A stretch of 64,000 nt of DNA from the human T2T-CHM13v2.0 reference genome, Homo sapiens. The notes under the pieces were generated by a model that saw nothing but the letters and a program-made list of their open reading frames with translations, was not told where the DNA came from and made no database searches. Of this stretch, positions 38,910-61,560 are shown piece after piece. A program made the position numbers and the translations under genes. The first letter of the stretch is position 1. Each line of letters starts with the position of its first letter. The stretch lies in assembly GCF_009914755.1 (NCBI RefSeq), contig NC_060941.1. One strand, written 5' to 3'.

Positions 38910-39126
38910 CTGGAGTTGAGTCACCCTGGGAGGTGACACCAGAAGGGCTGGATCCCAGGTCTAGCAACCTCCACGTGTCCTGGAGGGTGCCACTGGCAAA
39001 GGAGGAGGAGCTGTGGGATTGGCGACCATGCTCCTCAGGGTGCTTGGGAGCCTGGGGTGGCTTTGGGGACCTGTCTTCTTTCTGCCGAGGTGATTTACAG
39101 GTCACCGTGTGGATGCTGTGTTGTGT
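38910..39126 (-). CDS. CCDC57: CCDC57 penultimate exon
   Basis: TQHSIHTVTCKSPRQKEDRSPKPP...SQGDSTP; TTTTCTAG acceptor, CAG|GTAGG donor; phase 1 out. Confidence 0.9.
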
Positions 39127-39710
39127 CTAGAAAAGACATCATCGTCTTGAAAGCCACCCTCTCCAACCCAGAGGAAGCCACAGGACTCCCCCCAACCACT
39201 CCCCTCGGAGCAGTAAGGCGACAGTGGGCCTGGCTTAAAGGCCCAGGCAGATGCTCCTAGGATCACCCAGGAGAGGCAGCTGCAGACAGGGATGCATCCG
39301 GGGAGCGAGTCTCAGCGCTGGGAACGCTGAGTGTGGGCAGGGCCTGAATCTCAGTGCTCGTCTCAACACTTAAATGACAAAACATGTCTAGGGCAGAGGC
39401 TGTTTCGTTTCGATGGGGAATGAGCTGAAATGCAGGGCAGATACCCTGAGGGGCACAGAAAGGAAAGGCCAGCGTGGGCCCCATGTGCTTTAGGGGTCCT
39501 GGGGCCCTCCTAACACTCTTACCACCCTTGTGGGACCACCCGGCAAACGCTCTGCAGCTCACCCTGCCATTGTGAGCAGTCCCTGATGACGGCACAAAGG
39601 CAGGCATGCAGAGCGAAGGCCCCTCCGAGAGGCCCAGAGCACCCAGGCCCCGGCTTCCCTGCTGGCCACACCCCACACAGCTGCACTTGCTCGGGCGCCG
39701 CCACTCTCAC

Positions 39711-39815
39711 CTTCGGGCCTTGCAGGGTGTTAAGTCCGCTGCCCACCTGTGCTGAGCGGGGCTGGTGCTTTCCCAAGTGTCTGGAAGGAGCCTCATCCTC
39801 GGCACTCTTGGCGTC
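39711..39815 (-). CDS. CCDC57: CCDC57 coding exon
   Basis: DAKSAEDEAPSRHLGKHQPRSAQVGSGLNTLQGPK; 105 nt; AAG|GTGAG donor. Confidence 0.88.
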
Positions 39816-40113
39816 CTGCCGTGGGGATTTAAATGAGAGGACTCTGGTATTCACATGTACTGATGGTGCATGTCAGTGAGTTTTCCCACAAGATTGGGAA
39901 GAAATGCCTTCCCACATTTCTGGTATTAAAGACTCACATCATTTGGTGACAGCCCGGACTGAAGGGACCTGTTTCCCAGACAGGAGGAATGGAGCAGGCT
40001 TCCCCAGTCATTCATTCCCAGGAGCCTTCTCTGCAAGGCCAGGGCAGCCTATGCATGGCCTGCCTGGGGTGAGAGCCCCCCGGCCCAAGATGGACACGAG
40101 TGGCCCCCAGTGA

Positions 40114-46620
<6,507 letters not shown>

Positions 46621-47189
46621 AACAGAAAAATTTTAAAGCTTTTTGTTATCAATTAACTTGAAGTTAGCCATGATGAACATATTGCTTATGATCAACATCT
46701 GAGGAGCATCGCAGGATTAGCTCTGCCCTGTGGACATCCCGAGATGGGCCCTCAAGTAAAGCATCAGTTTCTTCTACGCAATAAAAGAACCCAAAGATGA
46801 CACTTGGAAATGAACGTGTTTCCCTTGGTTTATAAACACCTGAATTTAAAAGCCATGAAGTCAGAAGATGCACGTGTGGGCAAAAACCTCCTGAAGACAC
46901 TCAACACCATTGGTCACCAGGAGAATGTAAAATCAAGCCCACTATGGGATCCCGCCTCACACCCACTAGGTTGGCTGGGATCAACAGGATAGAAAACAGC
47001 TGGGTGCGGTGGCTCACACCTGTAACCCCAGCACACTGGGAGGCCGGGTGGGGGGATCCTTGATGTCAGGTGTTGGATACTGGCGTGGGCAACACAGTGA
47101 GATCCCACCTCTATTTTTAAAAGAAATTTTTTTAAATATAAAAAAAATAAAGTTTTTAAAGATATGCAATAAAAGTATTCTTAATTAAA

Positions 47190-48156
<967 letters not shown>

Positions 48157-48252
48157 TAAAAAGCCATGAAATGTGTTAAAATCTTAGCAAAGTTAGCCCA
48201 ATTTTGATGGGTTTGTTTCCTTGGTGTACTACTTTTTTTTTTTTTTTTTTGA

Positions 48253-48576
<324 letters not shown>

Positions 48577-49296
48577 TGAAGGGTTATTCTTTACTTTCTA
48601 TGTAATCTGTTCAGACAGCAAAGGTGCTGTCTTACCAGGGTAATTTTCCGTGCTTTTGTTGACTTATTATGTCTTGATGGTTTCAGAAAACAAAGCTTCC
48701 CATGCTTATGAAAGAGCTAAGTTTCTCTATAACTGTTCTCTCCTATGTTTAAGCTTTTTGTCACTTTCACGTGGGTAGCTAAATATTATTTCTCAGGTAC
48801 CCATGAGTCTTAATGTTCAAATCTCCTGACATTTTTTTTTCCTTCTCAAAATTGAATTCTAAATGTCAAATAAAATAAAGCTTTCAGGAGACTTTTCTTT
48901 TTTTTTTTTTTGAGATGGAGTCTCGCTGTGTCGCCAGGCTGGAGTGCAGTGGCGCAATCTCGGCTCACTGCAACCTCTGACTTCTTGGTTCAAGCGGTTC
49001 TCCTTCCTCAGCCTCCCGGGTAGCTGGGATTACAGGCACCCGCCACCATGCCTGGCTAATTTTTGTATTTTTAGTAGACGCGGGGTTTCACCTTGTTGGC
49101 CAGGATGGTCTTGATCTCTTGACCTCGTGATCCACCTGCCTCGGCCTCCCAAAGTGCTGGGATTACAGGTGTGAGCCACTGTGCCCAGCCCCAGGAGACC
49201 TTTTATATTTAAAATGATCTATGAGATGTCCTAGAAGTTCCCTGGAAAATCACAAAATTTTTTTCTTATAAAAAGAGAGGTATTTGAAATAATTAG

Positions 49297-49572
<276 letters not shown>

Positions 49573-49606
49573 TAGCCAGGATGGTCTCGATCTCCTGACC
49601 TCGTGA

Positions 49607-49708
<102 letters not shown>

Positions 49709-49853
49709 TGAGCTGTGATCACACCACTGCCCTCCAGCCTGCATGACAGAGGTCTCTATCGAAAAAAAAAAGTAAAAAGAAAAAAGATGTTAAGGAAATG
49801 ATTAGGTTTCTTTGATGTGTTAGGATTGATGAGTGCCACGGGAAGACTGCCGA

Positions 49854-49938
49854 GTCGGAAGAGACGCATGGCCTGCCCCGGGTCGGAAGAGACGCGTGGC
49901 CTGCCCCGGGTCGGAAGAGACGCGTGGCCTGCCCCGGG
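49854..49938. repeat. 28-bp CpG-rich tandem repeat x3
   Basis: GTCGGAAGAGACGCGTGGCCTGCCCCGG at 49854, 49882, 49910. Confidence 0.9.
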
Positions 49939-50415
49939 CTGTGTGTGTCAGGTAACTCGTTCGTCTGAGGCACTGAGGAACTGTGTGCTGTGCTGCACGG
50001 AGACGTCCCGGGTGCCCACGGCGCTTCTCTTCATTAGAGTCCCGAAGCCATTTGCCAGATGCTGTCAGCCGGCAGCAGTCCAGAGCTAGCAGGCATAAAC
50101 CCCGTCACTGCCGTTACGTTAACTTAGGTGTCACCTTACTTTAACGTGAGCTGTGCATCTCTGATGCCCAGAGTTTGTAGCAGGGCGACCGTCACTCACT
50201 CTGGGGCTGTGTTACTAGGCAGACGGCCACCGCCTGCCCCACACTTTTTGCCTCTCCACTGGATATTCTTGGTATAGTCATGGAATAGTCAGCTTCACAC
50301 TTATCTGTAAATAATTTCCTCTGTAAAAATCATGCTCATCCAGTTTTAGAAATCAGATATTCTGTTTCTGGCATCTTTGAAAACAGCGTCAACGTCTTGG
50401 ATTAACTTTGTCTAG

Positions 50416-50935
<520 letters not shown>

Positions 50936-51290
50936 TGAACAGGGACTGTCTCAGAGCCTGGGAAAAGGACTGGGCAGGCACCATGGGCACAGGCTTCTGA
51001 TGGCGGCATTTAGATGACACTGAGCCCATCCCAGGACTCAGTCTCTAGTCGAGAAGCAGATGGATTGTTGAGACCAAGAACCAAGATGGAGTGGAACAAG
51101 AACGGACCTCACAGGAGGGGATGAACCGATGGTGGAGGATGACAGCTTTTGTTAAGAATACGGCTGATGTCTTTTTAATGTTCTACTTTCTGGATATATA
51201 GAGAACTCTTCCTCTTTCCTCTGAAGCTATGTACAGTCCACACAAATTTTGTAGTCTCTGCTTTTGTGAATCAAAACAGAACATTTGTAA

Positions 51291-51485
<195 letters not shown>

Positions 51486-52136
51486 TAGTAGAGACGGGGT
51501 TTCACCATGTTAGCCATGGTGGTCTCAATGTCCTGACCTCATGATCTGCCTGCCTCGGCCTCCCAAAGTGCTGGGATTACAGGCGTGAGCCACCACGCCT
51601 GACCAATTTTTGTATTTTTAGTAGAGATGGAGTTTCACCATGCTGGTCAGGCTGGTCTCAAACTCCTGACCTCAGCTGATCCATCGGCCTCAGCCTCCCA
51701 AAGTGCCGGGATTACAGGTGTGAGCCACCGTGCCCGGCCAGGGATATCTTACTCTCCCGGCCTGAGTCCTCCAGAATTCAGAAACTTGTTGAGTACTCTT
51801 ACTTTCAAAGTAATATAGTTATTTGCATAGTTTCAATGAGAATCTTTGTTTTTTACCAGGACTGGAATTGGAAATACTTCTTGTGTAACCAAGGCCCTGC
51901 ATGGAAGGCCAAATCTGAGAAGACGCCCATTTAGTCAGTCACCAGCAGCCACTTGTAAGGAACCACAGCGATGTTACAGAGCCCACATCCACGAAGCCCT
52001 CCAAGGAGAACCCGGCACAGCGCCTGGCTTGTAGGATGGCAGGTGCATCTGGAGGGCATTGCCTGGCAGGCCCAGGAACCTGGGCTAGTTTGGAAACCTT
52101 AAGAAAGGAATTTGCTCAAATTTATAGGGCAGGTGA

Positions 52137-52621
<485 letters not shown>

Positions 52622-52881
52622 TGATCTCCTGATGGACCTCGTGGTCCACCTGCCTAGGCCTCCCAAAGTGTTGGGATTACAGGCGTGAGCCACCGCGACT
52701 GCCCTAAAATTATTTTTTAAAGAGGCTTTTAAAAGTCAATCTGAAATTCTTTACGGAAACTTCTAAGAAAGCAAACTTAAGAATGCAGAGATGGTGAATT
52801 AGCACTCTCGCTGCACCTATGGAAATAACCAAGCCATCTACAAACCAGCTCCATTTTGTGAGATCAGGAACAACCTTTCTG

Positions 52882-52990
52882 ATCCTTTTGTGGTTCATCC
52901 GCCTGATGATTGGGTTTTCATGCAGACGTGTGAGCTGTGCCTCCCTCAAGCCTTGTTACAACATCCGACATCCGCACATTACCTGTCTGA
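52882..52990 (+). pseudogene. Retroposed U13 (SNORD13-like) snoRNA copy
   Basis: ATCCTTTTGTGGTTCAT..TGATGATTGGGT..GTGTGAG..CCTTGTTAC..GCACATTACCTGTCTGA follows U13; short A tract; direct repeat ACCTTTCT at 52873-52880 and 53007-53014. Confidence 0.85.
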
Positions 52991-53477
52991 TGCCCGGGGA
53001 AAAAACACCTTTCTTTGAGATTACTTTCCATCAAAAGCAGAGAAACTGTAGGGAAAAAAAATGAGCTTCCGTAGAAACTGCTTTGTCTACTGCACTTCCA
53101 CTGGGTTATCTGCGTCCAGCCCCTCATTGTCTTTGCGATTTGAGCTGCTTTGCGATTTTACCACTGATAGGCATGCGGATTCTGCCCTGCCTGCCTCTCC
53201 CCTCTACCAGAACCAGTTCTGCCTCCATCTGAAACTCGATTCTTTTACTCCATGTAGATTTGTGCTTTTTTGACCTTTCCTTGGAACTGGTTACAGCATC
53301 TGTCCAGTTTCCTCATTGTTTAATGAACAGAATACAATCCTAAACAAATGCTCATTTTTCATATTTGGGAGCCACATTTTACTTCTTTCTGAAAATTATC
53401 TTTTAACGCATAGTTAAATAAGTATTGCTGGACACAGTTAAACCTCAGTAAGGACACTGTATTATGAACCAGGATGA

Positions 53478-53759
<282 letters not shown>

Positions 53760-54689
53760 TGACCTCGTGATCTGCCTGCCTCAGCCTCCCAAAGTGCTGG
53801 GATTATAGGCGTGAGCCGCTATGCCTGGCCTAGCACTGAAATTTATAAAACATGATGGTGAGAAGGAGAAATGGACAAAATCACAGGAGCAATGGAGGAT
53901 TTTAACACTTTGTGGCTTTTGGCAGTTCAAATTGAGGAGCATAAATAAATTTATAAAGAATATCAATACGTATATTTAATATGGTTGTTAAATAGAATAA
54001 AATAAAAAGTAGTATTCCGCACATTTGGTTTAATAAATAACCAAAGGAATTCTGAAATTCCCCCTAACAAGTAGCTCGTGAAATAGAAAAACAGCCCACA
54101 CTGGCCGGGTACGTGGCTCACGCCTGTAATCCCAGCACTTTGGGAGGCCGAGGTGGGTGGATCACCTGAGGTCAGGAGTTCGAGATCAACCTGACCAACA
54201 TGGAGAAACCCCGTCTCTACTAAAAATACAAAACTAGCCGGGCGTGGTGGCACATGCCTGTAGTCTCAGCTACTCAAGGCCGAGGCAGGAGAATTGCTTG
54301 ATCCCATGAGGCGGAGGTTGTAGATCGCGCCATTGCACTCTACAATGGCAACAAGAGTGAAACTCCGTCAAAAAAAAAAAAGCCCACAATGGCAGGCTAT
54401 AGAGACAATGATTACACTGACAGTACTATCCCTCAAAACCTCTGGGGCTTGGCCAAAGTGATACTCATGAAAACTCTCACCTTAAGAAATGCAATTACTA
54501 AGCAAGAAAGAATAAAAATAAATGTGAAACATTCAATCTAAGAAATCAGGAGAAGAACAATAAAATAAACACAAGAACAAAAAGAGAAAAGATGGAATGG
54601 GAATTACTTCTGGTCAAGATACTGAAACCATCCAGTGGTTCCAGACAGCGACCTTTGAGGAAACCCCTGGAAAGGGGGAGGGGTGCTCT

Positions 54690-54770
54690 TACACACACAC
54701 AGGCACACACACACACCCCACACGTGCACACACCCCACACGCGCACACACCCCACACGCACACACACGTG
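54690..54770. repeat. Degenerate (CA)n tract
   Basis: Direct inspection. Confidence 0.8.
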
Positions 54771-56482
54771 TCAGGGAGCACGTCTGACATGCCCCGTAAG
54801 ATCTCCAGAAGAGATTAGACAGAAATGGAAGAAAGCAGTGTTTGAAAAACAATGACTGAGAATTTTAAAGAATAGAAAAACAACCAGCCAACCAACCTAA
54901 AATTTGGTCCTAAAATTTAAAAAACATACAGATTCCTGAGCAGGATTCAGGGAAACAAATCCACACTTAGACACAACAATGGTAAAACAGGAGCACCTAA
55001 CAGATTGGGAGAAAAGTCTAAAAACAGCTTCCCCAGGCCGGGCGCAGTGGCTCACACCTGTAATCCCAGAACTTCAGGAGGCCAAGGCGGGTGGATTGCT
55101 TGAGCTCAGGAGTTCGAGACCAGCCTGGCCAACATGGTGAAACCTGTCTCTACTAAAAATACAAAAAAAAAAAAAAAAAATTAGCTAGGCTGAACCCGGG
55201 AGGTGGAGTTTGCACTGGGCCATGATCATGTCACTGCACTCCAGCCTGGGCAACAGACAGCAAGATTCCATCTCAAAAACAAAACAAAACAAAACAAAAA
55301 ACAGCTTCCCCAAAGGCACTGAGATCAGACTGATGGCTGACCTCTCTGAAGACATAAGAATATTATCTTGAAAAGAAGTTGAGCCGGGCATGATGGCATG
55401 CATCTGTAGTCCCAGCTACTTGGGAGGCTAAGGCAGGAAGATTGCTTTAGCCCAAGAAATAGAGACTATAGTGAGCTACGATGGCACCACCATGCCAGCC
55501 TGGGTGTCAGAGCGAGACCCCATCTCTTTTAAAAAAAAAAGTAGTAGAAAAATGTCAACATACAGAAAATTCTATTTCCAGCTAAACCATCATTCTAGAA
55601 AGTCATCTACAGATACATAGCATGTACTCCCCACAGACTCTTGCTGAAGGAACTGACAAAGCAAAGGGCAGAGATCCCTGAATAAAAGTCCATTTCCCTT
55701 TTCTCTTTCCTAGAAAAGATGGGGCTGCCTTGTACCTGAGTCTGAGTATAAAGCCTTGTGTCCGATCAACTGCTCTCCAGGCTCCTGGAAGACCCCACTG
55801 TGGTAAACAGGGAACCGAGGTCAAGGAGCAGGCCTGGGAAGAGCTTCAATCAACTGTTTCATAAAATGTGAGCAAAAGTTATTACTTCCAACTCAATATA
55901 TTGTTATAAGATTTTAAATACGTACGTGTCATTTAACTAATAAATTAAATGTAAATAGATACTTTACTATTTATGCACATATGCCTAATAAAGAGTATTG
56001 AGTCAGCTGCCAACTATTGGGAAACAACAAAGCGAGATCCCTAATTTGTTCTTTTTCACTAGATCATTTCCCGATGCATTAAAGACTCAGCAGGAAAATG
56101 ACATGACGATAAAATACAAGTGGCCCCACAGTAAGCCCCCTACATACACACAAAATTAAAGAAGCACAAATTTAAAACAGGAAATCCTTTTACCTATTTA
56201 GATTGGCCCTCCAAATCAATTTTATTTCTTTTCTTTTTTTTTTTCTTTTTTTTTTTTTTGAGACAGAGTCTCGCTCTGTCACCCAGGCTGGAGTGCAGTG
56301 GCTTGATCTTGGCTCACAGCAAACTCCACCTCTCGGGTTCGAGATTCTCCTGCCTCAGCCGCCCGAGTAGCTGGGATTACAGGCACGTGCCCCAACACTT
56401 GGCTAATTTTTTTTTTTTTGTATTTTTAGTAGAGACGGGGTTTCATCATGTTGGCCAGGCTGGTCTCAAACTCTTGACCTCA

Positions 56483-56773
<291 letters not shown>

Positions 56774-57934
56774 TTAGCTATCATAAAGAAGTTTACTAGA
56801 AACAACATTTTAAGGAATCCCAGCTTTCTACAGGATCAAGGAAATGCCATGTGCAGCTGATTTCTGGAAGGCGCAGAGGGAGGGTGAGCTCCAGGCACTG
56901 CCCACTCTGTGGGCAGAGGGGCCTGCAGGCAGGGTCCCACAGCACCTGCCTCCTGCTTCCCCCTGCAGGCCCCTGAGTGGGGCTGTTCTCACTCCCCGCC
57001 CTGGTCTCGGCCGGAACCCTGTAGCAGGCAGGTGAAGCTCCTTATCTCAGAGGGGGCCCACCATGTCACCTGCTGGAGTTGGCTCCACAGTCTGAATGGG
57101 GTGTTGGCAGGAACCAGTGTCACCAGAGCACAGGGGACGCCCCGGCACCTCCCCCCACAGCCATCTATATGGGCACCGGCAGCATGAGACAGGCTCTATG
57201 CCTGAAAGCAGCCGAGAGCCAGTGAAGTGGCGGTCAGCTTGCTCCCTGCGGGATGCGGCCCCTTCCCAGAGGCGGACAGGTGAGGACATGCACTGAGGCA
57301 GCTGCAGGTGACCCCTGGGCCACCGGTGCTGGGGCAGAGTAGCTGTTGTGAAGTGGACTAGAGAAGCATCTAGAAACAGCCACAGGCAGAGCAGGTCCTG
57401 CTCAGCCCCCTGGCTGGACGGCTGTCCCACGTTGAATAATGATGATATGTTTGTCACAGCTGGCCATTCTGTACTACTTAATGATTGCAGCCACATCATT
57501 TATGAACCGGATAAGTGATCTTAGGAAAAAAATGCAGATAGACCAGTCAGTCTTGCCTAAACCTTTGCAATCAGGACTCATCTTTTTTATTTTTTTAAAT
57601 GTTTTTAGAGACTGGATCTCCTGTGCTGCCCAGGCTGGAGTGCAGTGATTATTCACAGGCAGGATCATACCCACTGCAGCCCCGACCTCCTGCGCTCAAG
57701 CAATCCTCCCACCTCAGTCTCCCAAGTAGCTGGAACTTCAGACACACAACACCATGCCCAGCTAAGAACTCAATGTTTAGGTGGGGAGGACGGCCTTCCC
57801 AAAAAGAAACAAATGGGGTATGTTTGGTATAATCAAAGCCAAACCAAAAGTCCCCATTCTTCTCTTCTCACTCTACTTTCTTCTCTAAATTGCCAATAAA
57901 TCGACAAACTTCCATTGAGTCCTCCCTATGGATG

Positions 57935-58158
57935 TGTGCATGCATGCACACACACGGTCTAACATACAAATGCATGTGTGCACACAGTCTCACATACAAA
58001 TGTATGTGCACAGTCTCACACACAAACGTGTGTGCACACAGTCTCACATACAAACGCACATGCACAGTCTTGCACACAAACGCTTGTGCAGTCTCGCAAA
58101 CAAACGTGTGTGCACACACACAGTCTCACATACAAATGCACGTGCACACACACAGTCT
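57935..58158. repeat. CA-rich minisatellite (about 26-30 bp unit, GTGCACACAGTCTCACATACAAA)
   Basis: About 8 degenerate copies. Confidence 0.8.
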
Positions 58159-58297
58159 CGTCTCGGGAAGTGCTAGGATTACAGGCGTGAGCCACCACAC
58201 ACAGCCGAGGAAACATCTCTTTAGCCAGATTTGGGCCTGGCGACATAGGAACTGAAGAAGGCAGAAAGTATCTGGCACTCAGCAGGGGCTCCTCTAC

Positions 58298-61198
58298 TGG
58301 ATGGGTGGATGGATATATGGATGGTAGGTGGATGAGTGACTGGATGATTGGATGGATGGGTGGATGGGTGAGTGAAAGGATGGATAGGTGGGTGGGATAA
58401 GTGGTTGGATAAATGGATGGATAGGTGGGTGCATGGGTAGGTGGATGGATGGATGGATGAATGGATAGATGGATGAATGGATGGGTGGATGCAAAGATAG
58501 ATGAATGGATGGATGAATGGGTGGGTGGGTGGGTGGATGGATGGGCGGATGGATAGATGGATGGGTGGGTTGGTGGATGAGTGAGAGTGGCTAATTGGAT
58601 ACATGGGTGGATAGATGAACAGATGGATGGGTGGGTGAATGGATGGATAGATAAGTGGGATAAGTGGTTGGATGGATAGATGGATAGGTGTATGGACGGA
58701 TGGACAGGTGAGTGTGTGGGTAGGTGGATGGATAGATGGGTGGGTGGACGGATGGATGGATACATTAATAGATGGATGGGTGGGTGGGTGTACGAATGGA
58801 TGGATGGATGGGTGGGTGGATGGATAGATGGATGGATGATTGGGCGGGTGGGTGGATGGATGGGTGGATGGATACATGGAAGGGTGGGTGGGTGAATGGA
58901 TGAATGGGTGGGTGGATGGATGGATGGATAGATAGGTGGGTGGATGGATGGGTGGGTGGATGGTAGATGGATGGATGGATGGGTTGGTGGGTAGATGGAT
59001 AGATGGATGGGTGGGTGGGTGGGTGAATAGATGAATGGGTGGGTGGATGGGTAGATGGATGGATGGTTGGATGGGTGGGTGAATGGATGAATGGGTGGGT
59101 GGATGGATGGATGGATAGATAGGTGGGTGGATGGATGGTAGATGGATGGGTGGGTGGGTGGATGGGTAGATGGATGGATGGTTGGATGGGTGGGTGAATG
59201 GATGAATGGGTGGGTGGATGGATGGATGGATAGATAGGTGGGTGGATGGATGGTAGATGGATGGGTGGGTGGGTGGATGGATGGATGGGTGGGTAGATGG
59301 GTGGATGGATAGATGGATGGGTGGGTGGGATAAGTGGTTGGATGGTTAGATGGATGGATGGATGGATGGATGGATGGATGGATGGATGGATGGATGAATA
59401 GATAGGTGGGTGGATAGATGGGTGCGTGGATGGTAGATGGATGGATGGATGGGTGGGTGGGTAGATGGGTAGATGGATGGATGGATGGATGGTAGATGGA
59501 TGGATGGGTGGATGGATACATGGATGGGTGGGTGAATGGATAAATGGGTGGGTGGATGGATGGATGGATGGATAGGTGGGTGGATGGATGGGTGGGTGGA
59601 TGGGTAGATGGATGGATGGATGGTTGGGTGGGTGGGTGGATGGATGGGTGGATGGATACATGGATGCGTGGGTGGGTGAAATGATGAATGGGTGGGTGGA
59701 TGGATGGATAGATAGGTGGGTGGATGGATGGGTGGGTGAATGGTAGATGGATGGATGGATGGGTGGGTGGGTAGATGGATAGATGGATGGGTGGGCAGAT
59801 AGATGAATGGGTGGGTGGATGGGTAGATGGATGGATGGTTGGGTGGGTGGACAGATGGACGGGTGGATGAATACATGGATGGGTGGGTGGATGGATGGAT
59901 GGAAGGATAGATAGGTGGGTGGATGGATGGGTGGGTGGGTGGGTGGATGGATGGGTGGGTGGGTGGATGGATGGGTGGGTGGGTGGATGGATGGGTGGGT
60001 GGGTAGATGGGTGGATGGATAGATGGATGGGTGGGGGGGATAAGTGGTTGGATGGTTAGACGGATGGATGGATGGATGAATAGATAGGTGGGTGGATGGA
60101 TGGGTGGGTGGATAGTGGATGGATGGATGGGTGGGTGGGTAGATGGGTAGATGGATGGATGGATGGGTGGGTGGATGGATGGTAGATGGATGGATGGGTG
60201 GGTGGATACATGGATGGGTGGGTGGGTGAATGGATGAATGGGTGGGTGGATGGATGGATGGATAGGTGGGTGGATGGATGGGTGAGTGGATGGGTAGATG
60301 GATGGATGGTTGGGTGGGTGGGTGGGTGGATGGATGGGTGGGTGGATACATGGATGGGTGGGTGGGTGAATGGATGAATGGGTGGGTGGATGGATGGATG
60401 GATAGATAGGTGGGTGGATGGATGGGTGGGTGGATGGTAGATGGATAGATGGATGGGTGGGTGAGTAGATGGATAGATGGATGGGTGGGTGGGTGAATAG
60501 ATGAATGAGTGGGTGGATGGGTAGATGGATGGATGGTTGGGTGGGTGGGCAGACGGATGGGTGGATGGATACATGGATGGGTGGGTGGGTGAATGGGTGG
60601 GTGGATGGATGGATGGAAAGATAGGTGGGTGGATAGATGGTAGATGGATGGATGGGTGGGTGGGTGGATGGATGGGTGGGTGGGTAGATGGGTGGATGGA
60701 CAGATGGATGGGTGGGTGGGATAAGTGGTTGGATGGTTGGATGGATGGATGGATGAACAGATAGGTGGGTGGATGGATGGGTGGGTGGGTGGATGGTAGA
60801 TGGATGGATGTATGGGTGGGTGGGTAGATGGGTAGATGGATGAATGGATGGGTGGTGGATGGATGGTAGATGGATGGATGGGTGGGTGGACGGATGGTTG
60901 GGTGGGTGGATGGATGGATGGGTGGGTGGGTAGATGGATGGATGGGTAGATGGGATAAGTGGTTGCATGGATGGATGGATGGATGGATGGGTGGATGAAT
61001 AAATAGGTGGGTGGATGGATGGGTGGGTGGATGGCGGATGGATGAGTGGGTGGATGAATGGATGGGTGGGTGGGTAGATGGGTAGATGGATGGATGGATG
61101 GATGGGGGGGGTGGGTGAATGGATGGATAGATGGATGGGTGGTTGGATAGATGGATGGATAGGTAGGTGGGTGGATGCATGGAGGAACAGATGGATGA
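58298..61198. repeat. Complex (GGAT)n/(GGGT)n tetranucleotide array, about 2.9 kb
   Basis: Direct inspection. Confidence 0.98.
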
Positions 61199-61560
61199 CT
61201 CACTGAAACACTCAGTCATAAAGCCAGTGCCCCTTGCCTTTCTTAGGAAGTCAGCTCCGGTGTCTGTGTCCAAGATGCCCAGCCTCCACCTCAGTCAGGA
61301 GACACTGCTGCCTTTACCTGGAGAAGTCTGCGGCCATCTTCGCTGCTCACCACAGAGCCGCACAGAAATGCCGGCTGCTTTGCTAACCTGCGGTGTTGTT
61401 CTCACAAATGCTGCCAGCGAAGTGGGTCCCCAGAGCGCCCGCAGCTAAGATGAGGTCCTGCTCTGTGCAGTGGCCTCCGACCAGGCCCCGCTCACAAGAG
61501 GGGCTTCTGTGCTCCTTCGGGCCTTCCTGAGAAGGCTGCGTCCAGAGCCCTCCCACTGAC

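Noticed and set aside
46668-46704. ATGATGA...CTGA C/D-like pair on plus strand
   Set aside because: Only ~34 nt apart, negligible terminal stem, antisense to the host gene
58016-61273. Long His/Pro-rich ORFs (405-812 aa)
   Set aside because: Translations of the (ATCC/ACCC)n simple repeat; no splice or promoter context
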